Shown here: positions 27,256 to 36,158 of the stretch, in pieces
Position numbering within the stretch: position 1 is the first letter of the stretch
Layout: each line of letters begins with the position of its first letter
NCBI GenBank assembly: GCA_016928955.1
Contig: JAFGJV010000033.1
Location: 1 to 64,000 of the forward strand
Direction: 5' to 3'
Length of the DNA stretch: 64,000 nt
From: Spirochaetales bacterium
Lineage (GTDB): Bacteria; Spirochaetota; Spirochaetia; Treponematales; UBA12059
The notes under the pieces: generated by a model
The model's database searches: none
Told to the model about the DNA's origin: nothing
Seen by the model: the letters and a program-made list of their open reading frames with translations, nothing else
Position numbers and translations under genes: made by a program

Positions 27256-28841
27256 CGGAGCACGACGTCATCGTGGTAGGCGGGGGCATCGCCGGGCTGA
27301 CCGCGGCCCTGACGCTGGCCCACAAGGGTCGGAAGGTGCTCCTTGTGGAGAAGAACGCGACCTGCGGCGGCCTCATGAACTCGTTTACCCACCAGGGTTT
27401 CCGTTTTGAGGGCGGGGCGCGGGCCCTGGTCAACGCGGGGCTGGTAAAACCCCTCATTAAGGAATTCGGCATCGACATCGACGTGTTGCCCAATCCCATC
27501 ACCCTGGGCATCGAGGACAAGCTACTTCGTATAGAGGGCGAAAGCAGCCTTGAGGCCTACGGTAGCGCCCTCAAGGACCTGTATCCCGGCAGCGAGGCCG
27601 ATGTTGACAGGATCGTCCAGGCCATCCGTTCCATCATCTCAGATATGAAAGTGCTCTACGGTGTGGACAATCCGCTCTTCTCGAAGAAGAAAAAAAGCGT
27701 GCTTGCGATTGCGCCATCGCTCGCGGCCTGGATGCTGAAATTTTTCAGGACTATGTACCGCATATCCAAAATGGACACGCCGTTCGAGGACTACTTGGAC
27801 ACCCTCTCGCCAAACCAGTCGCTGAAAGATATCATTGGCCAGCATTTTTTCCGTAAAACGCCCGTGTTTTTCGCCCTGAGCTATTTTGCCCTCTATGGCG
27901 ACTATATCTACCCCAGGGGCGGTGTAGGCGCGTTCATCGACACCCTGGCCGACGCCATACGGAAACGAGGGGGCGGCATACTAACCGATACCACCATCGT
28001 CGCCGTTGACGCCGGCGCCAAGAGCATAACCGACGTCTCAGGCAACGAGTACCGGTACAACAAACTGATATGGACGGGAGACCTCAAAGCACTATACGCC
28101 CTGAGTTCGGTGACTGGCCTGAGCGGCAGGGATCAGGCTTTGTTCGAGCGACGCAAGGTGGCGATCCTTTCGCACCGCGGCGCTGAATCCGTGTATTCCG
28201 TGTTCGCCGGCGTGGACCTGCCGCCTGAGACCTTTGGCCAAGCAGCAAGCGGTCATGTCTTCTACACGCCCGACCGGCGCGGGCTCGGGAACATCCACAC
28301 CGGCAAGCTCGAGGACCTGTTACGTCATTGGGACACGGCATCCAAGGACGAGGTGTACGCGTGGCTGAGGGGGTTCTGCCGCTACAACACCTTTGAGATT
28401 TCGATACCAGCCCTGAGGGAACCGGCCGCCGCCCCGGCGGGCCAGACAGGCATCATCATCAGCGCCCTGTTCGACTACCAGCTGACCGAAAATATCCGTG
28501 CCGCCGGCTGGTACGACGAATTCAAGCGGCATGTGGAAACCGAGTTCGTTGACACCCTATCGTCGAGCCTGTACCCCGGCCTGAAGGACAAGGTTCTGTT
28601 CACCCTTTCAGCCTCACCGGTATCGATCTACAAGCGTGTGGGTAGCTCGGAAGGGTCGATCGTGGGCTGGTCCTTTGAGTCCGACATACCCACGGTCAGT
28701 AGCATGTTCCGCATGGGGGATTCCGTAAAGACGGCGTTGCCCGATGTATATGCCGCCGGAAAGTGGGTATACAGCCCGGCAGGCGGCCCGACCGCCATCA
28801 TGACAGGCAGGATAGCCGCCAAGCGCTGCCTAAAAGGCTAG
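27252..28841 (+). CDS. Phytoene desaturase/retinol saturase-like FAD oxidoreductase
   Basis: GTGA overlap with the SDR; GGGIAGL..E..GG, YPRGG, GSIVGW, GGPTAIMTG. Confidence 0.85.
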   Translation: MTEHDVIVVGGGIAGLTAALTLAHKGRKVLLVEKNATCGGLMNSFTHQGFRFEGGARALVNAGLVKPLIKEFGIDIDVLPNPITLGIEDKLLRIEGESSLEAYGSALKDLYPGSEADVDRIVQAIRSIISDMKVLYGVDNPLFSKKKKSVLAIAPSLAAWMLKFFRTMYRISKMDTPFEDYLDTLSPNQSLKDIIGQHFFRKTPVFFALSYFALYGDYIYPRGGVGAFIDTLADAIRKRGGGILTDTTIVAVDAGAKSITDVSGNEYRYNKLIWTGDLKALYALSSVTGLSGRDQALFERRKVAILSHRGAESVYSVFAGVDLPPETFGQAASGHVFYTPDRRGLGNIHTGKLEDLLRHWDTASKDEVYAWLRGFCRYNTFEISIPALREPAAAPAGQTGIIISALFDYQLTENIRAAGWYDEFKRHVETEFVDTLSSSLYPGLKDKVLFTLSASPVSIYKRVGSSEGSIVGWSFESDIPTVSSMFRMGDSVKTALPDVYAAGKWVYSPAGGPTAIMTGRIAAKRCLKG

Positions 28842-28899
28842 CGCCCGGTACCACCCCTCCGGGGCGGCGCCTCGGGGAAGCGATCACCATGCCCGCCAC

Positions 28900-29136
28900 G
28901 GGCGGGCGGCGGCACAAGTCCAGCAGGGCATCCATGTGAGAGCCCCGCTATGCGGGGCTCCTGGACTTGCCTTCCGGGCTCGTACTTCCTGTACTCGCCC
29001 TCCAGCCCGCCTCCGCACGCTTACGCGGCCATCCATAGCCGCTCCTCCTCGCTTTGCTCGGCGCGTGCTTCGGTTCAAGTCCAGCAGGGCTCTATATAAA
29101 AAGCCGTCCTGCCCTTATGGGCGGGACGGCTTTTTA
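28900..29136. repeat. Multi-hairpin element containing inverted copies of the tRNA-Ile2 3' end
   Basis: GGTTCAAGTCCAGCAGGGC (29072-29090) is the exact reverse complement of 29140-29158; CAAGTCCAGCAGGGC recurs at 28915-28929; several internal hairpins. Confidence 0.8.
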
Positions 29137-29137
29137 T
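29096..29137. terminator. Bidirectional intrinsic terminator directly after tRNA-Ile2
   Basis: ATAAAAAGCCGTCCTGCCC-TTAT-GGGCGGGACGGCTTTTTAT. Confidence 0.85.
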
Positions 29138-29210
29138 GGGCCCTGCTGGACTTGAACCAGCGACCTACGGATTATGAGTCCGCAGCTCTAACCAACTGAG
29201 CTAAGGGCCC
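29137..29210 (-). tRNA. tRNA with CAT anticodon, most likely tRNA-Ile2 (lysidine)
   Basis: GGGCCCTTAGCTCAGTTGGTTAGAGCTGCGGACTCATAATCCGTAGGTCGCTGGTTCAAGTCCAGCAGGGCCCA; the acceptor and T arms resemble ileX-type tRNAs; no initiator GGG/CCC anticodon stem and no 1:72 mismatch. Confidence 0.92.
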
Positions 29211-29392
29211 TCGCAGGCGGTTATTTTCCATAAATCCACCAAAATGTCAACTATGGGCCCGAAGTGGAAAATCGGGCCGGAGAGGGCTTTAGAAACGGGC
29301 TTATATGCGTTAGAATACTGGCCGATTCTACAGATAGGAAAGAAACGTTGCCTATGAATGAAACATTCGTAGATGCCAGGAGAGGTTTCCGC

Positions 29393-30715
29393 ATGCGTAA
29401 GATTCCCGTCATCAGCAGCGATATGCGCCTGAACGAGTTCATCCGGGCCCAGTGCGAGAGTTTTGGCAGCGAGTTTGTGCCCGTTTTCATGACCGGCCGG
29501 GACGAGGTTACGGCGTTCCTCAAATACGACCTGCCCGAGATCAAGATCGTCAACTTTTCCGACACCTCTGTGGACTCCATCGGGCTCTTGGACGAGATCC
29601 GCAAGGACCCTTGGCTGTACTACGGCGGGATCATAGCCATCCATGACAACATGGAGGACAAAGAGCTTCAGGAGGCCATGCGCGACCAAAACGTGATCGC
29701 CGTGATCAAGAAGCGCGACGTGGAGCGCGGCTTTCTCCGCCTGCTGAAAATCCTCCGCCAGAACAAGCAAATCCTCTTCCAGCGCGGCATCCAGCAGCAT
29801 CTGATCAAGAACATCGCCGGGTCTTTCGTCATTGACAACGACCCGCTGGACATCACCACATACTCGAACCTGGTCACCAACTACCTGTTCAACGCCAACC
29901 TGATCAACAAAGACACCCGGGAGAAGCTGCACGTTGCCCTCCTGGAACTCCTCATCAACGCTATAGAGCACGGCAACTGCCGCATCAGCTACGAGGAAAA
30001 AACCAGGTGGCTCGAGCGCAACGGCGACATCATGGACCTGATCCGGGAGAAGAACAAAGCGGCCGACATACGGGCCCGCAAGGTGTATTTTACCTACACC
30101 ATCACGCCGGACTGGAGCCGTTTCATCATACGCGACGAAGGCACCGGCTTTGACTGGCGGGCGCGCCTTGCCGCCAAACGCGACCAACCCGAGCTGCATG
30201 GCATGGGCATGAAGATGGCCCAACTGTACGTGAGCAAGCTCAGCTACAACGACTCGGGCAACGAGGTGTCTTTCGAGGTCGAGCACCAGCGCAACGAGTC
30301 CAACACCATCCCGGCAATCTTTGACCTGTCCCGCGAGATGACCTTCCAAGACGGCCAGTACATCTGCTCAGAAGGGGAAGAATCCGACTACCTCTACTAT
30401 ATCGTGTCCGGCACCCTGTACGTGTATTCAAAGGGCAAGCTGATGTCCGCGCTCACCCCGGACGACATGTTCATGGGCGAGATGAGCTTTCTCCTGTCAA
30501 ACCGCCGTTCCGCCACGGTCATATCCAAGGGCAAAAGCGTCCTCATACGAATATCCAAGCAGGATTTCGTCAATCTGATCCGGGACAACCCGCATTACGG
30601 CATATTCCTTGCCCGGCTCCTGGCCCAGCGCCTGGCCCGGCTGAACCTCAGGATGTCCAGATTAAACACGGAGTACCTCAAAGTAAAGGGCGAACTGGAC
30701 GAGCTACGGGGTTGA
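29393..30715 (+). CDS. Signalling protein: degenerate receiver-like domain, RsbW-type HATPase and C-terminal cyclic-nucleotide-binding domain
   Basis: ELLINAIEHGN, IRDEGTGFD, HGMG; EGEESDYLYYIVSG..MGEMSFL..RRSATV; AGGAGAGG RBS before ATG 29393. Confidence 0.85.
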   Translation: MRKIPVISSDMRLNEFIRAQCESFGSEFVPVFMTGRDEVTAFLKYDLPEIKIVNFSDTSVDSIGLLDEIRKDPWLYYGGIIAIHDNMEDKELQEAMRDQNVIAVIKKRDVERGFLRLLKILRQNKQILFQRGIQQHLIKNIAGSFVIDNDPLDITTYSNLVTNYLFNANLINKDTREKLHVALLELLINAIEHGNCRISYEEKTRWLERNGDIMDLIREKNKAADIRARKVYFTYTITPDWSRFIIRDEGTGFDWRARLAAKRDQPELHGMGMKMAQLYVSKLSYNDSGNEVSFEVEHQRNESNTIPAIFDLSREMTFQDGQYICSEGEESDYLYYIVSGTLYVYSKGKLMSALTPDDMFMGEMSFLLSNRRSATVISKGKSVLIRISKQDFVNLIRDNPHYGIFLARLLAQRLARLNLRMSRLNTEYLKVKGELDELRG

Positions 30716-30741
30716 CCTCCGTTTGCCCGGCGCATACGAGC

Positions 30742-30771
30742 GGACCGCCCCCGTAGGGCGGTCCATTTTTT
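30742..30771 (+). terminator. Intrinsic terminator between convergent genes
   Basis: GGACCGCCC-CCGTA-GGGCGGTCC followed by ATTTTTT. Confidence 0.75.
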
Positions 30772-31261
30772 AAGCGACGCGGTGGAACGCGGCCAAGTTT
30801 CTTTCAATATAGGCCAGATGCACGCCCGCGTGGTCGCGGTACAGCGCCAAGATATCCTCCAGCCCCATCCGGCCCCGCTCGGGATGCTGCAGCCAGTACC
30901 CGGACCAGTCGCCAACGGCAAGGGCCCTGAGCGCCGTGGCCATTACCGCGCGCACCGACTCGGCCAGCGTCAGGCAGGTCAGGCCGCCCAGGGACGAATA
31001 GGCCAGGCGCCGCTGCCAGGCATCCTGGTCCCACACCGGCACCTCGATACCGGGCTCGGCCACAGCCACCCTGACGCGGTACCAGAGCATCATGTCCGCG
31101 TCCAGAAGATGGACCAGATGGTCGTTGATGGACCATGCGTCAGCTGGCTCCTTGGGTACGAAGGCCAGTTCATCAGGACCCACGTCCAGCAGGGCCTCCT
31201 TGACCGGGCCGTACGCCCTCGCAAACGCGTCTATCAATTCAATGTGTTTTGTACCGTCCAT
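30770..31261 (-). CDS. DinB/YfiT-like family protein
   Basis: WSINDHLVHL, DQDAW, HPERG, H...H metal-site pattern. Confidence 0.85.
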   Translation of the reverse strand: MDGTKHIELIDAFARAYGPVKEALLDVGPDELAFVPKEPADAWSINDHLVHLLDADMMLWYRVRVAVAEPGIEVPVWDQDAWQRRLAYSSLGGLTCLTLAESVRAVMATALRALAVGDWSGYWLQHPERGRMGLEDILALYRDHAGVHLAYIERNLAAFHRVA

Positions 31262-31276
31262 GGCGACTCCCCCATC

Positions 31277-31981
31277 CTAATAGTTCTCGTGCAGTCGGAC
31301 CTTTGCCACCTTGCCCGTTTTCTGCAACGCGCCGAACAATCCGTCCAGGTCTATGGCCACCGGCACCTTGACCAGGGCGGACAGCCTGGTTTCCTTTTTG
31401 CGCACCGACAAGGACGCGTCCATGGTCTGGATCTTAATTCCAAATCCTCCCAGCACCGCGTGCACGGCCTGCCGGTCCAGGGAACCGCCCTCATACCAGA
31501 TTTGCAGGAGCTTGAGCCTCTCCGACGGGAACCAGCGCTTCTCCACGGGATCCAGCAGGATCAGCACCAAGAGGCCTATGATCAGGGCCGCCCCCGCGGG
31601 TATCCACATGCCCGCGCCTATGGCCAGTCCCAGCCCGGCCACGAACCAAATGGTGGCGGCCGTGGTCAGCCCCTTCATATTGTTCCCGACCTTGATGAAG
31701 GCCCCCGCCCCCAAAAAACCTATGCCGGACACTACCTGGGCAGCGATCCGCCCCGGGTCGCCTTCCCCGCCGCTGATAGTCTGCGGCAGCCAGATGGACA
31801 GTATCATGAGCAGGGTGGCTCCCAGCCCGATTATGATGTGCGTCCTCCAGCCGGCGGTCTGACGCCGCATTTCTCGTTCCAGGCCGACCAGTCCGCAGGC
31901 CAGTAGGCTTGCCACGAGCCGGGCAAACGCCGTTCCAAAATCTATGTCCGGCCCTTCAAGGACTGCGGCCAACCATTCCAT
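31277..31981 (-). CDS. mgtC: MgtC/SapB family membrane protein
   Basis: GLERE, AGWRTH, DPGRIAAQVVSGIGFLGAG, GLTTAATIW; C-terminal ACT-like domain. Confidence 0.92.
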   Translation of the reverse strand: MEWLAAVLEGPDIDFGTAFARLVASLLACGLVGLEREMRRQTAGWRTHIIIGLGATLLMILSIWLPQTISGGEGDPGRIAAQVVSGIGFLGAGAFIKVGNNMKGLTTAATIWFVAGLGLAIGAGMWIPAGAALIIGLLVLILLDPVEKRWFPSERLKLLQIWYEGGSLDRQAVHAVLGGFGIKIQTMDASLSVRKKETRLSALVKVPVAIDLDGLFGALQKTGKVAKVRLHENY

Positions 31982-32172
31982 GCATACCGACCTTTCGCGC
32001 CCCGGCAAGCGCCCACCCTGGAACCGCGCCAGCTCCCTAGCATTGTATATCCCTGAACCGCATCCGTCGAGCGTGTCATTTTGAGTATAAGGGAAATCGC
32101 CCTTGCGACCGCGGCCTGCTCGGGCTATCCTGAAACACCGCCCGGGGCTTCCGGGCAAAAAAAGGAGCATGC

Positions 32173-33585
32173 ATGCATACCTGTCCGCCAAGCGACTTCC
32201 TCAGGGGCGCCGCGCCCCGGCTCAAGGAGGCCGTTGACGCGCTGTCCAAGCGCTATGACTACATATCGGTGCTCGGCACCGACTCGTTCGGCGCCAATTA
32301 CGCCGCCACGCCGGGGGAATTGCGCGCGGGGGACTCCAACTGGGTCGAACGTGGCTTTGTGTTCCGGGCCCAAAAAGACGGAGTCGTCGCCGAGCACGCC
32401 TTCAACGAGCTGCCGGACGGCGACCTTTCGGAAACCGTACGCCGAGCACTGGATCCGATACTCGCTGCCGCCGCATCCGCACGCCGCTACCCCCCGCTTC
32501 CGGACGAGCCTGCCAGACAGTCGTGGTTCGGATCTATTGCCCGGGATCCGTTTACCGCAAGGCCAGAAGACATCCTGGAGCTTTTGTCCAAGGCCAGGAA
32601 CGCCCTTTCCGGCTCGTCTGCGGAGATCGTGTACTCGGGCGCCCGAGCGGAGTTCATGCGCGTTGCCAAGCTCTTCCTGTCCCCCAACCGGGAACTTGAA
32701 CAGGCCTTCATGTGGGCCCAAGCCTACGTCGTGGCCGTAGGCAAACGTGGGGATGCGACAAAAGAAGACTACCGCTCGTTCTCCGGCCTCAAGGGACTCG
32801 AGCTTTTGGATGAGGTGGTGGAAGCAGTTCCCGACCTGGCCACCGAGCTCGTGGACATGCTCGGGGCGGTTCCCATGGAACCGGGTGAATACGACGTCAT
32901 CATGGATCCAGACGTAACCGGCACCCTGGCCCATGAGGCGTTCGGCCACGGCGTGGAAACCGACATGTTCGTCAAAGGCCGGGCCAAAGCCCCTGAATAC
33001 CTGGGAAAACCGGTGGCCAGCCCCATCGTCCAGATGTGGGACGGCGCGGCGGGGGTGGAGCATTGCGGCTCGTTCCTGTTCGACGACGAGGGACGCCTGG
33101 CCACAAAGACGCGCATCATAGAAAACGGCATCCTGAAATCCGGCATATCGGACCTGGGGTCCGCGCTGACCCTTGGCGTCCCGCCGAGCGGTAACGGCAG
33201 GCGCCAGGCCTTTGACCACAAAGCCTACGCCCGCATGACCAACACCTACATAGATCCCGGTTCGTCCACCTTTGAGGATATGCTTGCGAGCATAGACCAC
33301 GGCTGGCTGCTCCAAAAGATGAACTCGGGCATGGAGGATCCAAAAAACTGGGGCATACAGTTGGTCGTCATGATCGGTAGGGAAATCCGCGCGGGCAAAC
33401 TGACCGGTAAGATAGCGTCGCCCGTGGTGTGTTCCGGCTACGTGCCCGACGTCCTGTCCGCGATCACCATGATATCGAAGGACTTTGAGTTGTCTGGCTC
33501 GGGATACTGCGGCAAGGGCTACAAGGAATTCGTCAAGGTGTCCTCCGGCGGACCCTACGTTAAAACCAGAATGAGGTTGGGATAA
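32173..33585 (+). CDS. tldD: TldD family metalloprotease
   Basis: HEAFGHGVE metal motif, FDDEG, GNGRR, RMTNTY, CGKG. Confidence 0.9.
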   Translation: MHTCPPSDFLRGAAPRLKEAVDALSKRYDYISVLGTDSFGANYAATPGELRAGDSNWVERGFVFRAQKDGVVAEHAFNELPDGDLSETVRRALDPILAAAASARRYPPLPDEPARQSWFGSIARDPFTARPEDILELLSKARNALSGSSAEIVYSGARAEFMRVAKLFLSPNRELEQAFMWAQAYVVAVGKRGDATKEDYRSFSGLKGLELLDEVVEAVPDLATELVDMLGAVPMEPGEYDVIMDPDVTGTLAHEAFGHGVETDMFVKGRAKAPEYLGKPVASPIVQMWDGAAGVEHCGSFLFDDEGRLATKTRIIENGILKSGISDLGSALTLGVPPSGNGRRQAFDHKAYARMTNTYIDPGSSTFEDMLASIDHGWLLQKMNSGMEDPKNWGIQLVVMIGREIRAGKLTGKIASPVVCSGYVPDVLSAITMISKDFELSGSGYCGKGYKEFVKVSSGGPYVKTRMRLG

Positions 33586-34895
33586 TGCTGAACGTCATAC
33601 AAGCCGCCCTGAGGGCGGACAAGAGGATACACGACTGGCGCTTGACTGAAACGCGCAAGCGCGGCGTGGAGTGGTACTTTTCCGGATCCGTCCTGGACAC
33701 GGCCCGGTCGGTGGATACGCTTTCATATTCAATAGCCGTGTACGTGGACGCCGGGGAAGGCGACGCTCGGACCCGGGGCGCTTTTTCCGTTAGCGTTCAT
33801 CCCACGGCCACCCATGCCGAACTCAAAGCCGCCATCGACCGGGCGGTCACCGCGGCCGCGGGCATGCGCAACCCCTGGTATCCCATACCCGAACCTTCGG
33901 GCGCCCCGGTCCATGCTCAGGTAGCCAGCGGCTTTTCCGGGATGCCGCTGGAATCGTCAATGGAAGGACTCCGCTCTGCCCTGTACGGCGCGTCCACCGT
34001 AGACGGCGCGTCCATCAACTCGCTGGAACTCTTCTTGGCCTCGCATGACGTCCGCATCGTCAATTCCCGCGGCCTGGACGTGCAAAAAAGGTCATACCGC
34101 GGTTTTACCGAGTTCATAGTCAACGCGTCCGCGCCCGGCAAGGATGAAATCGAGCTGTACGGCGATCTGGAATTCTCCGAACCGGATGACAAACGTCTGA
34201 GGGCGGCCATGATCGACAAGCTGACGCAGGCAAAAGACCGCCTGGTGGCCATACCGACCCCGGCCTGCGACGGTCTGCCCGTGCTGTTCAAAGGCCCGCT
34301 GGCCGCAGACATATACGAATACTGGTTCATGGCCACCCAGGCCCAATTCGCCTATGACAAAACCGCGCCGTTCAAGCTCGGCGACCTAGTCGGTACGGAC
34401 GGCGGCCGGGGCGACGCCATACGCCTCAAGGCCGTGCCCGTGGTGGCCGGATCTCCCCGCTCCACGCCCTTTGACCCTGAAGGCACCGCGCTGGGTACCG
34501 TTCCCTGCATCACGGATGGCCGGCTGGAACACCTGGTCGGGCCGCTGAAGTACACCCACTACCTGGGCTTGCCCGCGACCGGCGACCATCCTGTCTTCGA
34601 GCTTGACGCCGGCCGGGACAGCCTGGAACGCCTGGCATCCGAGCCCCACGTCGAGGCCGCCGCCTTCTCGGATTTCTTTGTCGATCCTACCACAGGGGAC
34701 TTTGGCGGCGAGCTGCGCCTGGGCTACAGGGTAGAGGGCGGCAAACGAGTCCCCATAAGCGGCGGGTCGATCACCGGATCCATGGCCGACAACCGAGGTG
34801 AAATACGGTTGTCCAAGGAACTGGACACCTTCCCGGGTTGCCGGGCACCGGTAGCCTGCCTGATACCCAAGGCAAGAATAGCGTCCGTGGGCTGA
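33585..34895 (+). CDS. tldE: TldE/PmbA family protein
   Basis: TAATG overlap with tldD; IVNSRG, PFDPEG, TTGDFGG; lacks the HExxxH motif. Confidence 0.82.
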   Translation: MLNVIQAALRADKRIHDWRLTETRKRGVEWYFSGSVLDTARSVDTLSYSIAVYVDAGEGDARTRGAFSVSVHPTATHAELKAAIDRAVTAAAGMRNPWYPIPEPSGAPVHAQVASGFSGMPLESSMEGLRSALYGASTVDGASINSLELFLASHDVRIVNSRGLDVQKRSYRGFTEFIVNASAPGKDEIELYGDLEFSEPDDKRLRAAMIDKLTQAKDRLVAIPTPACDGLPVLFKGPLAADIYEYWFMATQAQFAYDKTAPFKLGDLVGTDGGRGDAIRLKAVPVVAGSPRSTPFDPEGTALGTVPCITDGRLEHLVGPLKYTHYLGLPATGDHPVFELDAGRDSLERLASEPHVEAAAFSDFFVDPTTGDFGGELRLGYRVEGGKRVPISGGSITGSMADNRGEIRLSKELDTFPGCRAPVACLIPKARIASVG

Positions 34896-34920
34896 TTCCC
34901 GTTATCGTCACGAGAATTTT

Positions 34921-34955
34921 AAACGGCCTTCCCCGCAGGGAAGGCCGTTGTTTTT
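34921..34955. terminator. Bidirectional terminator
   Basis: AACGGCCTTCCC-CGCA-GGGAAGGCCGTT followed by GTTTTT. Confidence 0.8.
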
Positions 34956-34968
34956 CGTAAGTGCCAGA

Positions 34969-35841
34969 TTACGCCACGTAGCCGACCAGGGCTTCGGAAC
35001 GGGTGGGCTCTGACAGCCTCTTGAGCGCGTTCTTCTCGATCTGGCGTATGCGTTCCTTGGTCAGCTTGAAACGGTCGCCGATTTCCTTGAGGCTCATGGC
35101 GCGGCGCCCGTTGAGGCCGAAACGGTACTGCACCACCTCGCGCTCCTTTTCGGTCAGCGTGAGCAGGACGGCGTTGATGTCGTCCTTGAGGCCCCGCTCG
35201 ATGACGTTTTCGTCCGGCGTCCCATAGGCGTCGTTTTCTATAAAGTCGCCCAGCACGCTGGAATCGCGTTCGTCAAACACGGGCGTGTCCAGGGACACCA
35301 GGTCGCGCGACACGTTGACCAGGTCCGCCACATGGGCGGGGTCCATGTCCAGCATCCTGGCGATCTCGCCTATCTCCCCGTCTTCGGACAGTCCGGCGTT
35401 GACGTACTTGCGGGCCTTCTCGATTTGGACCAGTTCGTTGGCCCTGTTCAGGGGCAGGCGTATCATGCGGCTTTTCTCGCACACGGCCTTCAGGATGGCC
35501 TGGCGTATCCACCACACCGCGTAGCTGATGAAATGGTAGCCCTTGTCCACGTCGTAACGCTCTATCGCGTTGATCAGTCCAATGTTGCCCTCGCTGATCA
35601 GGTCCGCAAGGGGAAGCCCCTGGTTCTGGTATTTTTTGGCCACATTGACCACAAAGCGCAGGTTGCCCTTGACCAGCATGTCCTTTGCCGCCTGGTCGCC
35701 CTGGGCGGCCAATCTGGCATAGCGATCCTCTTCCTCACGGCTGAGGAGCGGCACGCGGTTGATTTCCTTGAGATATATGGAAAGCACGTTGGCGTCCAGG
35801 CTTGAGTCATTTATGGGAGCGCTTGCCTTTTTCGTCTTCAT
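34969..35841 (-). CDS. Alternative sigma70-family factor lacking region 1.1 (RpoS-like)
   Basis: YLKEI..PLL, NLRFVVNVAKKY, DLISEGNIGL, FISYAVWWIRQAI, TKERIRQIE; AGGAGG RBS before ATG 35841. Confidence 0.92.
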   Translation of the reverse strand: MKTKKASAPINDSSLDANVLSIYLKEINRVPLLSREEEDRYARLAAQGDQAAKDMLVKGNLRFVVNVAKKYQNQGLPLADLISEGNIGLINAIERYDVDKGYHFISYAVWWIRQAILKAVCEKSRMIRLPLNRANELVQIEKARKYVNAGLSEDGEIGEIARMLDMDPAHVADLVNVSRDLVSLDTPVFDERDSSVLGDFIENDAYGTPDENVIERGLKDDINAVLLTLTEKEREVVQYRFGLNGRRAMSLKEIGDRFKLTKERIRQIEKNALKRLSEPTRSEALVGYVA

Positions 35842-35864
35842 GCAGATCCTCCTGCATATTCTTA

Positions 35865-35881
35865 AGCAGGAAGCGTGCCAA
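35865..35881 (-). promoter_or_regulatory. Sigma54 (-24/-12) promoter of the RpoS-like gene
   Basis: Minus strand TTGGCACGCTTCCTGCT with GG-N10-GC spacing, 23 nt before the ATG. Confidence 0.75.
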
Positions 35882-36158
35882 TCACGATCTCGAAGGCAGA
35901 AAAAGAACCGGATTTTAAGCGATTGCGCACAGACAGAATAAGTGCTTATTCCAGAACAACTTACCCACAAGGCTTGGTCCTGCCAGCACGAAAAGCCCGG
36001 CTATCCATGATATGCCGAACACTTTTTTAGCTCCGGGCGGCGGAAAAGACGCCTAAAGATGTGGAATTTCTATCCGTTTGCCTTCCGAGCGGCAAAAAAG
36101 TGTTTCAATTCAACACAAGCCCGGATAGAAGTGTAAAAACCGTGTCGAATGGAACCAC

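Noticed and set aside
27252..28841. Carotenoid biosynthesis cluster
   Set aside because: A single CrtI-like fold gene with no phytoene synthase or GGPP synthase nearby.
28915..29090. attL/attR pair of a tRNA-integrated island or prophage
   Set aside because: The tRNA fragments are inverted rather than direct relative to the tRNA, and no integrase or phage gene is present.
29137..29210. tRNA-Met or fMet call from the CAT anticodon
   Set aside because: It lacks initiator features and resembles ileX-type tRNAs; Ile2 is preferred, though not proven.
32173..34895. RiPP biosynthetic cluster around tldD/tldE or the radical SAM gene
   Set aside because: No precursor peptide, YcaO or dedicated transporter is adjacent; TldD/E is a widespread stand-alone pair.
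34969..35841. Primary sigma factor rpoD
   Set aside because: Too short, lacks region 1.1, is not in a dnaG context and is preceded by a sigma54 box.
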